Shown: positions 42,021 through 54,685 of the stretch, one piece after another
Layout of the letters: the number at the start of each line of letters is the position of its first letter
Numbering within the stretch: position 1 is the first letter of the stretch
DNA from: Bigelowiella natans CCMP2755
Taxonomy: Eukaryota; Protista; Cercozoa
Assembly: GCA_000320545.1 (NCBI GenBank)
Contig: ADNK01000048.1
Location: 1 to 64,000 of the forward strand
Direction of reading: 5' to 3'
DNA: 64,000 bases
The notes under the pieces: model-generated
Told to the model about the DNA's origin: nothing
Database searches by the model: none
Seen by the model: only the letters and a program-made list of their open reading frames with translations
Translations under genes and position numbers: made by a program

Positions 42021-42961
42021 CCTCAATAAATCTTAGCAGCTTACGACAATTTTCACGCGAGTTCGAATGTCCACAGACTATGGAATGCCTCCTGCTCTCA
42101 ACTCTCGTGGTGTCCACAACTGCTCTGATCGCGGTGAGGAATGAGGAGGGGGGCAGAATCCGGAGTTAGAGATTCCGGATAGTAAGACTACTTTTTTACG
42201 AAGTTTTCAGTATAAAATATCATAGTGAAGAAGGTGGAAGAGGTTCCCGCGGTTCGTGTTTTCGGAAACAAGCAAACATAAGTAGACCTATCTTGGGAAA
42301 GGAGAAATGGGAAAGATATGCTAGAGAATGTAGACCATTCAGTGGTCCGTAAAACCAACGGGGAACATCTAGGAGTGGATCATCATGCTCAGATGGTCCT
42401 GTGCCGGTCGTAGGTTGCCACGACTGGTAAAATGGTAAAAACAAAAATCAAGCCGTGAATATCTGGAAATATGTAAAGGACATCATGGAGAATCAAACGG
42501 CTGTCGAACGGCGTTGATCAACGGCTCGACGTCGATGCCGGTGACGTGGTAGCTATCCGGAGGATGGCGTCTGTCCCCACACCATCACCGGCGGGTAGGA
42601 AGCGCAAACGGAGGATTTCGGACTACTTCCAGCTCTCGGCCGCCCAGAATGGCAAGAATGCAACAGTGCTCGGGCCGGTGGTTGCAGAGGCAATGGAACA
42701 GGAATCGGTGCGAACGTCGCCCTCGTAGTCTGATCACCTTCCTCAGTTTCACTCCGCCCTGAGTGACCGAATATCTCTAATTTCCCCCTCTTAGATGGCT
42801 GGGTGGATGGCGGTGCTTGACAGAGCTGATGAGGACAGGAAGCTGCGAGCATTGCTCGTCGTTGATGGAGGAAGCAACTCTTCGGCACCGCACAAGTTCG
42901 AATGCAACACGAATCATTGCAAAGCAAACCAGATAGCTACTAGTTTGCTCCAGTCTGGAAT

Positions 42962-43018
<57 letters not shown>

Positions 43019-43896
43019 ATAATTTATCCTTAATCATTGTGTGGCATCAGGATTTCCGAGAGTCAAAAGCAGGCTGCAACCCCATCATCATCATCTTCTT
43101 CAAGTACACCGACTACATGACTGTTTGTAGTGGACCGTGTCTTACCATTTTTCTCTGTTCTATTGCCGTCCTCCTCCTCACAAACAGGTTCATTGCCCCC
43201 GCCATTGTCATCATCGGTCAGCTCATCTGACCTGTCGGTGTCCACGAAGCAACCAGTAGCATCGTCATGCTCGCCTGCATCTTCCACGCTGGTGGAGAAG
43301 CCATTATTGTTCAAGCCGCACCAAGAATGTACGTACCACATTTGCTAGCTACCAGCAGTTGTCATCATACGCTTGTTGGAAGTGTTCGTTGTTCTCGTGG
43401 TGGCGCTTATGAGAAGATGCTAACATGGCCCGAATGGTGTGTGCGCGTCAGCCGCGAAAAAATGGGGCTCGCTCGTCTCTTCCACTAAGAAATCATCAGC
43501 CTATTTCTATCGATCAACATCCCAGCGGTAATTTTGGTAGTAGAGTTTCCCCCCATCGAGCTGATATTGAATGATTGCATCGCAGTCTCGGACCTTTCCT
43601 TCCCGGTTACAGGCCCGTCTTCCCACACACGTATTAGTATTAGAAGTAGTAGTAGTAGTAGTAGTTGTTGTTGTTGTTAATAGTTAGTAGTAGTAGTGAG
43701 GAATAAAAGACGATGCAACAGCTTATTTATGATGCTTCTTGTGGGGAAGAGACTTGCAGCAGAGGGATGCAAGCGAAGCATACAAAGCGCAATTATGCAC
43801 GCTCACCGTGCGTTCGTCACTAGATATCCCGGCAACGGCCAATATCGTTACTTGGACGGAATTCGCATGGGGGGTTGGGCGGATGGGTGGAAAGGG

Positions 43897-43929
<33 letters not shown>

Positions 43930-46900
43930 CACAACAACTATAACTAGCACTTCATTACGAGACATAATAATACCGTCGAGAGATAATCGCGAAGCTGCCA
44001 ATTCGTAATCTGGATCAAACGAATTCAAGCATGAATGGCGACAGAGCATACCATTCGGTTGACCCTCACACTCTCTTTCTCATTCCCCCCCACCCAACTT
44101 TTTTCATCTCGACTACCGGCACAAACCATTACAGACGACGAAGTCTGAGGAAGAGAGAAGCGCAGAATGCAGCAGCGGCAGCAGCACCCGCTCCCAACTA
44201 CTACTACCGGAATACAGTTGCCTTTGTGGTTAAATGGGGTCAGTTGATTTACCATCAAATTTAGAGAAGAAGATGATGTTGATACATGAACTTACTGGAT
44301 TCAATAATAGCGGAAAGGCTAACATCTGCTGCGGAACAAGCAACGTCGCCTTCCCCATCGCCCCCCCCCCCTCACAACTCGCCCTGGTTTTTACTGTCGC
44401 CCACCGAGCACTCTTTCATCACCAAGTTCCAAAAGCTGGCTCAAGATTCCCAGGTAGGAGATAAATAGAGAGGGGGGGGTCCTAGGGGGGGGGGGGGGGG
44501 GAATGACTTGATGTTGACGGGGCCGAGAGTCTCCGTTTTGAGTGGAAATGATGTTTTTTACCTCCACAGAACCTTCTAGCAGAGACCTACTTCTGTCGCG
44601 GCCCGTGGATACGCGTCGCACAGCTCGACCCCCCCCTCCCGCTGCGGATCGCAGAAGAGCTCTCCTCTTCTCAGCTGGTAAAAGTGGGGAATTTATCATC
44701 GAGCCTCTTCTGACAGATTAGTTGTTCTTCGTTGGCGTTGGCTAATATTGACCTTTTTTTGTTTGTTATTATCGTCATTCTGTTGCCATCTTCGGCCTTT
44801 GAGGTTTGCTACTACCCCCCCTCTCTCCGCCCGAGGACGCTGAGTCGTAGTAGGCCAAATCTCACCGAAATTGCTCGCATCGTGGCGTCGCTATTGATGA
44901 AGGACTTGTGGAGGCTTGTAAGGTCCTTCGCCAGTGCATCCACAACAGGCAATAGCAGCTGGGCAGAGAGGCATGTTGCTGCAGCAAGAAGGGTGGTTAA
45001 GGCAATCGTGCGTGGACGTGAAAGGGGTGGTGTCGATATAGACGCGACAAAGAAGAAGGAGAAGAAGAAGAAGAAGAAGAAGAAGAAGAAGGAGAGCAAA
45101 GACGAGCAAGGGAAGCGCCAAACAGCTGCTCAATCCAAGGGAGGAGTAGCAGCATCATCCTCCAGAGCAATTACTGAGCTAAAGTTTGCGGAGGTGGTGG
45201 GAGGGTAATCAGCACAAAGAGTGTAAATAGCGCTCGCTCTTTCCTCCACACTTGTTTCTTCCCCCCGCTCCTAGCTCCTCGTTTGCGCTGGTTCACGTGC
45301 CACCCCCCCCCCCCCTTGAATCACTTTCCTTTTTCCTACTCTCCTGCTCCCGTAGGGGGGGGCGGATGAAAATGGAATATCGACTAGCTCTGGACCGAAT
45401 CTTCCTCGTGTTTGCGGTCTGTGGGGGGTACAGCAACTCCCAAGAAGGCAAAAACCTGCTACAGGTATTATCAGCAGCGGCCCCTTCGTCGATGCTGCTG
45501 CTGTTGCTGCTACTACCGCTACTGGTGGGGGTTTCAAGGATTCTAGTCTTAGAGAGAGGAATGCCTTGGGAGGAGGAGGAGAGGGAGAAGGAGGATCAAC
45601 TTACGCGAACACACTTCTCACGCATTATCCTCGTCTCTGCCGCCCCCCCTCCTCTCCCCTGCCGTTCTTCTAGGCTGATTTGTCCAGAATTCAATTTCAC
45701 GATAGTTGCGACGACGAGTGCTTTCCGTTCCGAAGCAAAGAGCAATTCCAGCGATTGGAGGTAAAAATCCCTAATAGCCTCGTCCATGCATGCCAGCCCG
45801 TATCACACCAAGTACTGGGAAGAGATACTCGCAAAAATAGAAAGCTACTGCAATGATAAACCTTTATGGTACCGTTGCCTGATTAGTAGGAAAATACTAA
45901 ATTATTTAATTCATGGATAGGCAGCGATCCTGAGGTCGTACAGCCTGGAAAGGGCGGTGGCCAAAGGAGACGCGGATCTTGCGTAATTCCCCCCTCTTCC
46001 CCCATTCTATCTTTCTGTGTCAAACGTGTTGCTTTGCCGTTCGTCTCGCTCTCGCTGAGAGGCACGTAGCAGCATCATCATCATCATCATCAACAACAAC
46101 AATAAGGTATTCTCTGGCTGAGGGCGCATTCTCACGCCTAGCATCGATGAGCAATTTGAAGATAAGGCAGCTTAGTTACCAGAGTGTAGTAAACACCAAA
46201 TCGGACGGCCAGCCGGAGAGTGATACTTCTGTGTTACTTGGAGATTCATCGGTTCGGGAAGGAGGTGACGACAGCAAAGAGGAGAGGACTGCTCCTTCCT
46301 CCTCCTCCTCCTCCTCCCCCATCTTCTCCTCTTCGATCTCGCCTCCTCCATCACCCTCGCTGCCATCTTGCTTCAAGAGTCTTCAAGAGAAGCACAGCGG
46401 CTCACGATTCTCAAACTGCCCAGCCTGTGGAGTTTCAGTGGCAATGTAGGACCCCAGGAGAAAGGGGGGGGGGGGGGGGGGGGGTGGAAAGTATGTTCGC
46501 AGCCGATGCATTGGCGGCGTGATTCGAGACGTTTGAAAAAATAAGTGCAGGAGAGAGTCATCATGTGAAAAGAAGAAGAAGACCTCGGAGTGAGTATTCC
46601 TAGAGGAAAATAACACCTTCTTTATGCACGCACGCTCGCACTCGCATGCATCATATAGATACCTCATCAACGACCACTTGGATCGGTTTTGTCGCTCATC
46701 TACCCCCCCACCTATAATGGCCAACCGCAAGCGGAAGCGGTACTCAACGGGGGGGGACGGAGGAGGCAGCACTATCATCAAAGTGTCCCCTAAAGCCTTC
46801 TCCAGATCCCCGAATACTGCTGCTACTACATCTACTACCAACAGCAGCAAAAGGCCAGGTGCTGCTGCTTGTACGGCCAAGAGCAGTTCATCAACGACGG

Positions 46901-47506
46901 GGCCTCCGTCAATAAAACCGTCATCGTCTGAGGAATCAGAAGAATCGAAGGAAAAGAGGCAGCTCATTGCGAAGGCAGGCGCGGTAACATGTAATGGCGG
47001 CGTCGGCAACTGGAGGCCGAAACCGAGGCAGTTCGTCTTTATCTGGGAGGAACATAGCAAGCAGGTATTGAGATGACTTGCACGATAGCATCGTCGTACA
47101 TCCCATCAAGTTAGTGCACGTATATTCCTCTCTTCGCTCCGCGAGTGCTCGACCTACCATGCTCTTGTCCGTGCCTCTTCGGTTCTTATACATATTATCG
47201 ATGACAATGCTTTGCGCTCGTCTCGTCAGGCCAGACAGGGAAACCCCCCTGTGATTCCGGTATTCTCCGAAGTTTACTTTTGCTACCAGGACGTGCTGAG
47301 GGGGGTCTTGCTGCTGGAGAGGGAGCGACGGTACAAGGAAGCAACCCACGTGCTCTCGCACCTCGTAAAGGTTAGTTGCAGTGAGTTGTGATTGTAGTAG
47401 TAGTAGTAGTAGTAGTAGTAGTGTTTTTAATGGGAGAGGAGAGAGGGAGGTATCTGGGGAATTTACTGAAAATCATTAAGATTCTCCCTGTCCTGGTCTT
47501 CCTTAT

Positions 47507-47557
<51 letters not shown>

Positions 47558-48222
47558 CCCCCCCCCCCCCCTTCTCGATATTGCAACGTATTAGCGGTTG
47601 ATAAATAGCATCGTCTCATCAGGTACCGATCAGTGAAGTAGGCAGCAAGCTGGCGTTTCAAGTCTTTTACAGGTTCTCGATGGCCCTCAGTTATTTGTGG
47701 TGGGGGGGTGGGGGGGGAGGGGGATGGTGGAAAGGCTCTGCATTTGCCACCGCTTTGACGACGGTATATTGTTCTTATTATACATCTGAGATGTTATTCG
47801 TGGTTACCGATCAAGCAATCAATCAATCATCAATTCGTGTGTTTGAATATGGCCAACAACGTAACTAGAATCGCTCAAGACCACATTCATCTGCAGCAGA
47901 AGCGCGTAGCGAGGAAGTTCCTGAAGGACGCTCTGGGTCGGCCATAAAATAACAAAGACGATTTTACGTTCGTCACTGATTCCACGGCCGCTCTTTGTTG
48001 TTGGTTGTTTGGTTGTTGTTGTTGTTGTTGTTGTTGTTATTGTTGTTGTTGTTGGTCGAATCGAGCAGATTCAAACAAGTTCTCGGGAGCCTTCCAGGAG
48101 TCCTTGCATCGTTTGCTGACCAGGTACTCCGGGTGCTATAAGACCTTCATGCATGCGAAAGCACAGAGTCAGCACCAGCAGTTCTTAACCCCCCCATCCC
48201 TCCCCTGTGAGCGAGTGTGCGT

Positions 48223-48254
<32 letters not shown>

Positions 48255-49520
48255 AGGGATGCAATACTGCACAATCATGAAAATCTCGTTCGTTCGCACT
48301 TTCTCCTTGTGCTAGCTAAAACGCTCTGTGATCAAGCAGTGCTAATGTGACTGATATTTCACCAGATGTGGCTTGTCATCCCGATCCTCTCGGCGCAGTA
48401 GCAATAAGAACAACAGCGGCAGTAGTGACAGCAGTGAGAAGAGGAGGTCTAGTTCCAAACAAGATAGGTGTGATTCCTCTTCGAGTAGAAAGCGACGAGG
48501 AGGAGGAGGAGGGGGGATAGGGAAAGAAGATGAGAAGGTGGTAGTGTCGCCCTCAAATAATGATGATAATGAGGAGGAGAAGGAGGATGAGGATGAGGAG
48601 GAGGAGGAGAATAACAACGGAGGGAGCAGTCGAGAAACCGAAGGTGGAGTGCCTCTTCGTCAAGTAACTCGGCCACACCAGAGGGGGGGGTCGGTGGAGG
48701 ATTTCGCTTTGGAATGGTAGAAGAGATAGCACTGCTGTGAGAGATTCGTATCGAAACAACTAACCGTGGCAAGACAGAGGGGGAGAGGGGGGGGGAGGGG
48801 CGCAGAAGTGTTCCGATTCCCCAGCCCCCTCACCCCCCTCCTCTTCCGGCTCCTAAAGAGCATGCTTGCTGCTCTTGTGTTAATAGGTATCGAAGCAGGG
48901 GCTGGGATGGAGTGCACTCTGAGAATGGTGATGATGATGATGATGACGATGATGATGATGATTACAGTGATGATAATGGTGATGATGGACTGTGAACTAT
49001 GATGGACTGTGAACTATGCCAACAACGACTACGATGATTACAATAGACTCGGAGCGACTGAGTGTTTACCTTGTCGCTGCCCTTCTCACCACGCAGGCCC
49101 ATTCTTAACTCTGTTCATGATTTTGTTCTGGGACGTTGTATTCCATCCAGACGAAAGTACTGTATTACTCATATGATACTGCTGATGTGTATATGTGTCT
49201 GAGAGGAGGGCTAGGGGGGGGGGGGGAGGGGGAGGGTGGTTGTGAGATTTTAACGTGTTTGTGTGCATTTCGCCAAAAGTGTTCTCTCTCTGCTCCTTGG
49301 TAACTTAATACAAAGACAGGCGGCAGACCTCATTCCCCATGCAGCAATTCCTCCCCATTCTGAGGAGTATTTCTCTGATTTATGCGATATATTGTTACAA
49401 CATAACTATCTTCCCAGGAATCTGCGCGTCTCATAGGGATTGCCCAATAGGTGTCATCTCTTCAACTTACTTACCGCTCCCACCACCACCTCCTCCTCCT
49501 CCTCCTCCTCCTCCTCTAAT
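37900..49520. repeat. Microsatellite-dense domain: (GA)n, (CA)n, (TA)n, (TAG)n, (GAG)n, (TTG)n, (CAT)n and G/C homopolymers, mostly intronic
   Basis: Directly visible runs, e.g. 38083-38120 (CT)n, 38570-38600 (TAG)n, 42965-43012 (CT)n, 48000-48055 (TTG)n. Similar patches at 1-1130 and 20940-23700. Confidence 0.9.
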
Positions 49521-50723
49521 ATCTGTACGATGAGCCTGCGTCCAGCAACACTAACTAAGTAACTGACAACTCTATCGTTTCTATTCGGCCAGTGCTGAGG
49601 TTTCCGTCTGTGGCGTCTTCAGAGCATTGGAGACGGGTTCGCCTCTTCCTCTTTGTAGCTGTTTTGCCTTTTGAGATCGAAGAAATGTCGGTGTCACCCA
49701 AATGAAATCAGGCAAGGGAGAGACTGACCATGATTACGACTGGTGGAATAGCAGCAACTACAGAGATGCTTTCTCGGCACTACACCGCGTATGAAGGACG
49801 CCAGGCATTCGGGGTCAATCCCTTAAATATAAACATGTGTAGCTTTGGGGGGAAAGGGATGAGTAGTATCGTAATATACGTAAGATAATATACATATATG
49901 CAACATCACACTTTTCAAGATAAAGCCGTCCGTGTTTCTTGTAAATTTCTGACCGGCCAGCACGATTTCCTCGCTGAGAGTCAATTCTCCAATAGACACC
50001 CATCCGCCCTCGTCAGTTATTCTCTACTGCTGCTCAGGTCAATTGGCAGGTGCTGGGCGGCCTGACTGGATTAGAGCAGCTTGCCCGGGGGCTTGGAAGC
50101 GATGCCGTGGCGAAAATATGCTGGTGTTACCTCGACGACCTCGAGGTAATAGACGATTGCAGAGAGAGATAGTAGCTTAGATTAGCATGAGCGGGGAGAA
50201 AGAATGGTAGCAGCTTTCTTCTCCCTAGCCAGATGCTGCTTGACAAAAAGAATATCGATGAGGTTTGTGCAAAGCGTTTCCCTGACCCCGTGAGCCTTCT
50301 CATGCGACGTCTTAAATTGAAGCTGACGATTATTCATATACCCTTGTAATGAAACACACCGCAGGCCTATTTAGGAGGAGTCCCCGATCTATACATCTGG
50401 AGGCGCTCGTCGGCTGCTAGCCCAGGCGGCGGTGCCGAAGCAGTTTCTTCCAACAGGATTGACATCAAGGTAAACAGTAACCGTGTGTCGCTGTCATTTT
50501 TCCTCGCTGGAGGCCAATTCTCCTATTGACATATTATATGTGTGTGCATGTGTGTGTGTGTGTGTGTGTGTGTATTCCACTGGGTTTCCGTCGGCAACGA
50601 CATCCCACGCAGTTGGTTGAAGTGAAAGGGCCGAGGGACAAGCTGTCAGATCGCCAGCTGAGTTGGCTACGCGTCCTGAAAGCTGCCGCTGTTGACGTGG
50701 AAGTGTTTAGAGTTCAAGGATAA
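42564..50723 (+). CDS. FAN1: Fanconi-associated nuclease 1 (UBZ, winged-helix/SAP, TPR, VRR-NUC); some exons appear out of order
   Basis: UBZ CPACGVSVAM|YLINDHLDRFC; GSVEDFALEW|YRSRGWDGVHSEN|GPFLTLFMILFWDVVF; GGVPDLYIW; LVEVKGPRDKLSDRQLSWLRVL..VEVFRV* at 50723. Confidence 0.88.
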
Positions 50724-51153
50724 ATGATAATGGAAAAGATCTAGTGAACATATGAAAGCAATGACACGCGCGTCAATTTGCCTGTCGCATCGAGCACTCA
50801 CATTCCGTGTCAATCATCGTGTATGTAGTGCAGAGAAGTTTGACAAGCATGGCAGTTGTTCCAGCGCTGGTTCCTCTTTGGAAAAAACTTAACGTTAATA
50901 AGTCTAGAAATAGCTATGCTAGCTTGACTATTTGTCCTCCTATCAGACTAGCAGACCTTATCTCTATGAGTGCAATTTTAACTGTAGGAAATTGTCGCAA
51001 TGCAACTGAATTGCAGACTCAGACTTTACCCAACCTGTAGTACCTCGTGTAGCAGCTTGCATTTTCCACGGTAATACTATAATGGGCACACGGCGCTACA
51101 TCTAGAACTATAGACATGAAATTAAATGCGAGTGGATATTTGGACGTTCCCTC

Positions 51154-51242
51154 GTAAGATGGATGTAATCAATCAAATTAAATTTGTTCAATGCTAGAAT
51201 GGTCATCCTCATGTAGCTGTGCAATGCTAGAATGCAGCAGCT
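51154..51242 (+). repeat. Dispersed intergenic repeat, copy 5 (two 8-bp insertions)
   Basis: GTAAGATGGATGTAATCAATCAAATTAAATTTGTTCAATG[CTAGAATG]GTCATCCTCATGTAGCTGTGCAATG[CTAGAATG]CAGCAGCT. Confidence 0.75.
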
Positions 51243-51598
51243 CCCTTGTGTGAGCATGCAAATGGACGAAACCAGCGTCATGGTTTACCTGACTAAATGA
51301 TACAAATGACAAGGCGGTACTACTTCTAGACTTGTTAATTGACTGCTAGACTGGGTGCGCAGCTTTTATGAAATAAACATGTCAACGTGCAGCATTGTTT
51401 GCGCGGGTAGAAAATGTTGCGCGTCGGCGTCTTCCATTTAGAGGCTATGTGTCGCATATGATACGCTGTATAATCGTGTTGAAGAATCTTCGCTTTGCAA
51501 AAATATGCATCGAATAACTTGCGCGAGAAATCTAGAAATGCATTTATGTTTGTGCAGTCTGCCCGTCATTTTTAACCCTCTCGGGCAGGATACCGCTA

Positions 51599-53960
51599 CT
51601 ACAACTTGGCACGTTGTATCCGTTGCTCAAGTTTGGCAATCGTCTTCATATGAACCTCATCTGGCCCGTCTGCCAGCCTAAGGGTGCGAGCCCCTACCCA
51701 CATATAGGCGAGAAAGGTGTCTTGACACACGCCCATTCCGCCGAAAGCCTGGATTGCACGGTCAATCACCTTGGTGGCCATCGATGGCGCCGCTACCTTG
51801 ATCATTGCTACTTGCTGTCGCGCGAGCTTGTTGCCCACCCTATCTATCATCTCCGCTGCCTGCATCGTCAGCAGCCGGCATTGGTCAATCTCAATGCGCG
51901 ACAGTGCAATAGCTTGCTCAATACCCCCGTGCATGGCGATGGGTACTTTGAAGGTAGTTCTCAGCTGCACGCGGTGAACCATCATCTCCAACGCCCTTTC
52001 CGCCATTCCGATGAGCCGCATGCAGTGGTGGATCCGTCCTGGCCCCAGCCTCCCCTGAGCGATCTCAAAGCCTTTTCCCTCTCCAACCAACATGTTCTCC
52101 TTCGGAACCTTGACGTTGTTGAAAATCACCTCCGCGTGGCCGTGGGGAGCATCGTCGTAGCCAAACACATGCAGGGGGCGCTTGATCGTGATGCCTTCGG
52201 CGTCCATTGGGACCAGAATCATTGACTGCTGCCTGTACTGCGATGATGCTGATGATGACGATGAGGAGGAGGAGGAGCCCTTCACTACCCGTCCCATCAA
52301 AATGCAGAGCTTGCAGCGTGGATCCATCGCGCCGCTCGTCCACCACTTGTGGCCGTTGATGACGTAGTGTCCGTCGGATGTTGGCGTGATTGTTGTCTGG
52401 ATATTGGTGGCATCAGAGGAGGCCACACGGGGCTCAGTCATGGCAAAACAAGAACGTATTTTGCCCTCCATCAAAGGCGTTAACCACCGGTCTTGCTGCT
52501 GCTTGGTCCCGTACATGGCCAGCACCTCCATGTTCCCTGTATCAGGTGCGCTGCAGTTGCAGATCTCCGGGGCGAACCATACGGAACGGCCAAGGATCTC
52601 GCACAGGACGGAGTACTCGACGTTTGTCAGCCCAGTGTCGAGTTTATGATGCTTTGATTTTGTGAGGAATAGATTCCAGAGGCCCCTCTTCTTCGCGACG
52701 GCCTTCAGCTTCTCGAAGATAGGGGGTACTACCCAGCGGGAGCCTGTCTTCTCGGTCAGCTCTTTGTGCTGCCGATGAAGCACTCGCTCGTTCGGATAGA
52801 TGTGCTCTTGCATGAACCCCAACAGCTCCTAATCATATATCGCCATTGATCGTCGTCACGTGTCGCAAACAACCAGGTGCGATAATGGTGATGTTGATGA
52901 TGATGATGATGAAAGATGAGCAACATGACCATTATGATCATAATCATTATAATGAGGGGGTGAGGGCGACTATACAATTTGCAAATGCAGATGGCGATTA
53001 AAGGGAGATAAAAGGCATATCGAGTGATTCACTACCGAACGAAGCTTGTGAAACTTCTTGGAAAATTTAAAGCGTGGCAGGAAGGATCCCGGCGATCCTA
53101 GGCCATCAACGCCTTCACATTCTGCAGGGATGCCACGGGCCGCTTCAGCAGCGTCCTCCATCACACTATTTCCTATCTGCGCTGTCAGCTCGACGAACGC
53201 TCCAAACATGTTGGCGCGTGCGGAGGAGGCGTTCCCTTGCTTCGAGCGCTTGTACACCCCCTGTCCAATCGCAGCGATGCGGAAGAAGGACAGGGCCATA
53301 TGGTAGTGGAAGTGCGCCAGTATATCTTCGAGGGCGGGTGTATTGGCGTTGTTGATGTAACTCCGGAGCAGTTGCGCCTTATCCGGAATGCCTAATTTGC
53401 GCACGTTAACTCCCAAGAGGCCCCGAATCGGTGTTCCTGGGGCACTCGGGATATAGTACGGCATGCACAGGTAGGCCACATCCGCCAGCGGATGACCGAT
53501 GGTGGAGAGCTCCCAATCCAGCACGGCTAGCACTCGCGGCTCCCTCGGGTGGAAGATCAGGTTGTCGATGCGAAAGTCTCCGTGGATCAGAGCTTCTGAG
53601 AACATGGCACTGTCATCGGGGAGTGATTCGTTCAAAGTTTTGGTGAGTTTGTCCATCTCCTTTGTCTCATCCCCTGTGCCCGTGCGCGATGATTCGTACT
53701 GGCGGCTCCACGTTCGGAGCTGGCGCTCAGCGTAGGACATCACCCTTTTGTTCGGCTTGGGCTTCTTCCTGAGCTTCGACAAGCCGACGCCGTCAATGTC
53801 CACGGAGTGAAGGTCCGCAACCACTTGAATCATACTTTGATAAATCGCGTACCTTTCTTTGGGATTCAGCTCCTTCAAGGCGGGGTCCTTGAAGATTCGG
53901 CTGCAAAGAAAAAATAACTGAAACAGCAGATTGATATATACAGGCAGACAGACGAACAAA

Positions 53961-53998
<38 letters not shown>

Positions 53999-54685
53999 AC
54001 AAGAGATAGAAGGGATGAATGTCAACTTTCAGTCCGCTATTGTGCCAGAAATATCATCATTTCATCTATGCTTTTAAGTTGTAATAACCACCCTTGAACG
54101 TATTCCATGACGTAAAATGGGGTCCCAATAATGCTTGAGTCCGAGCAAAGATGATATACGACAGGGACGGGAACTCGAGTCTTGTAAAGCGCCGAAAGGA
54201 TCAGAAACTCCCTTTCAATCTGGTGGGCTGAGGGCAACAGCTTTCCAGGAGGCTTTTTGCGAAGAACCCACGAAAGCTTACCACTAGATATGGATCAAAT
54301 TAAAGAAGAACTTCGATTATCTACCATATTAATCATCGTAGTCTCCTAAGCTACGTGTGATTTTTTTTCAAGATGAACACGCTAATTTTTTTTAAAATTG
54401 CGCGAGGCGGTCAAGGTCGTGCGTTGAATACTATGACTTTAAAGGAACATCAATGACGAGGAACCAGTGTTTTGGAGTGAAAAACCATTACTACCCATCA
54501 GATGAGATTTGCGTGAGAAGATACGTCGGGTTCGATTGCCCGTGGGAGAACTGCCGAACGGTGAGCTTCGTGTCGTTTCGAAATCCAGGCAACGCATTGA
54601 TGCGAACGAGGTACGGAATAAGGCTGTCAAGTTTCAGTTCATGGCCCTTCCTCACACTTGTAGTGGCAGACGAGGCGGGAGCCAT
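51599..54685 (-). CDS. ACAD10: Phosphotransferase (APH-like) plus acyl-CoA dehydrogenase fusion, ACAD10/ACAD11/IBR3 family, with C-terminal PTS1 (-AKL)
   Basis: [62 protein letters not shown]; [52 protein letters not shown]; ends QRAKL. Confidence 0.92.
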
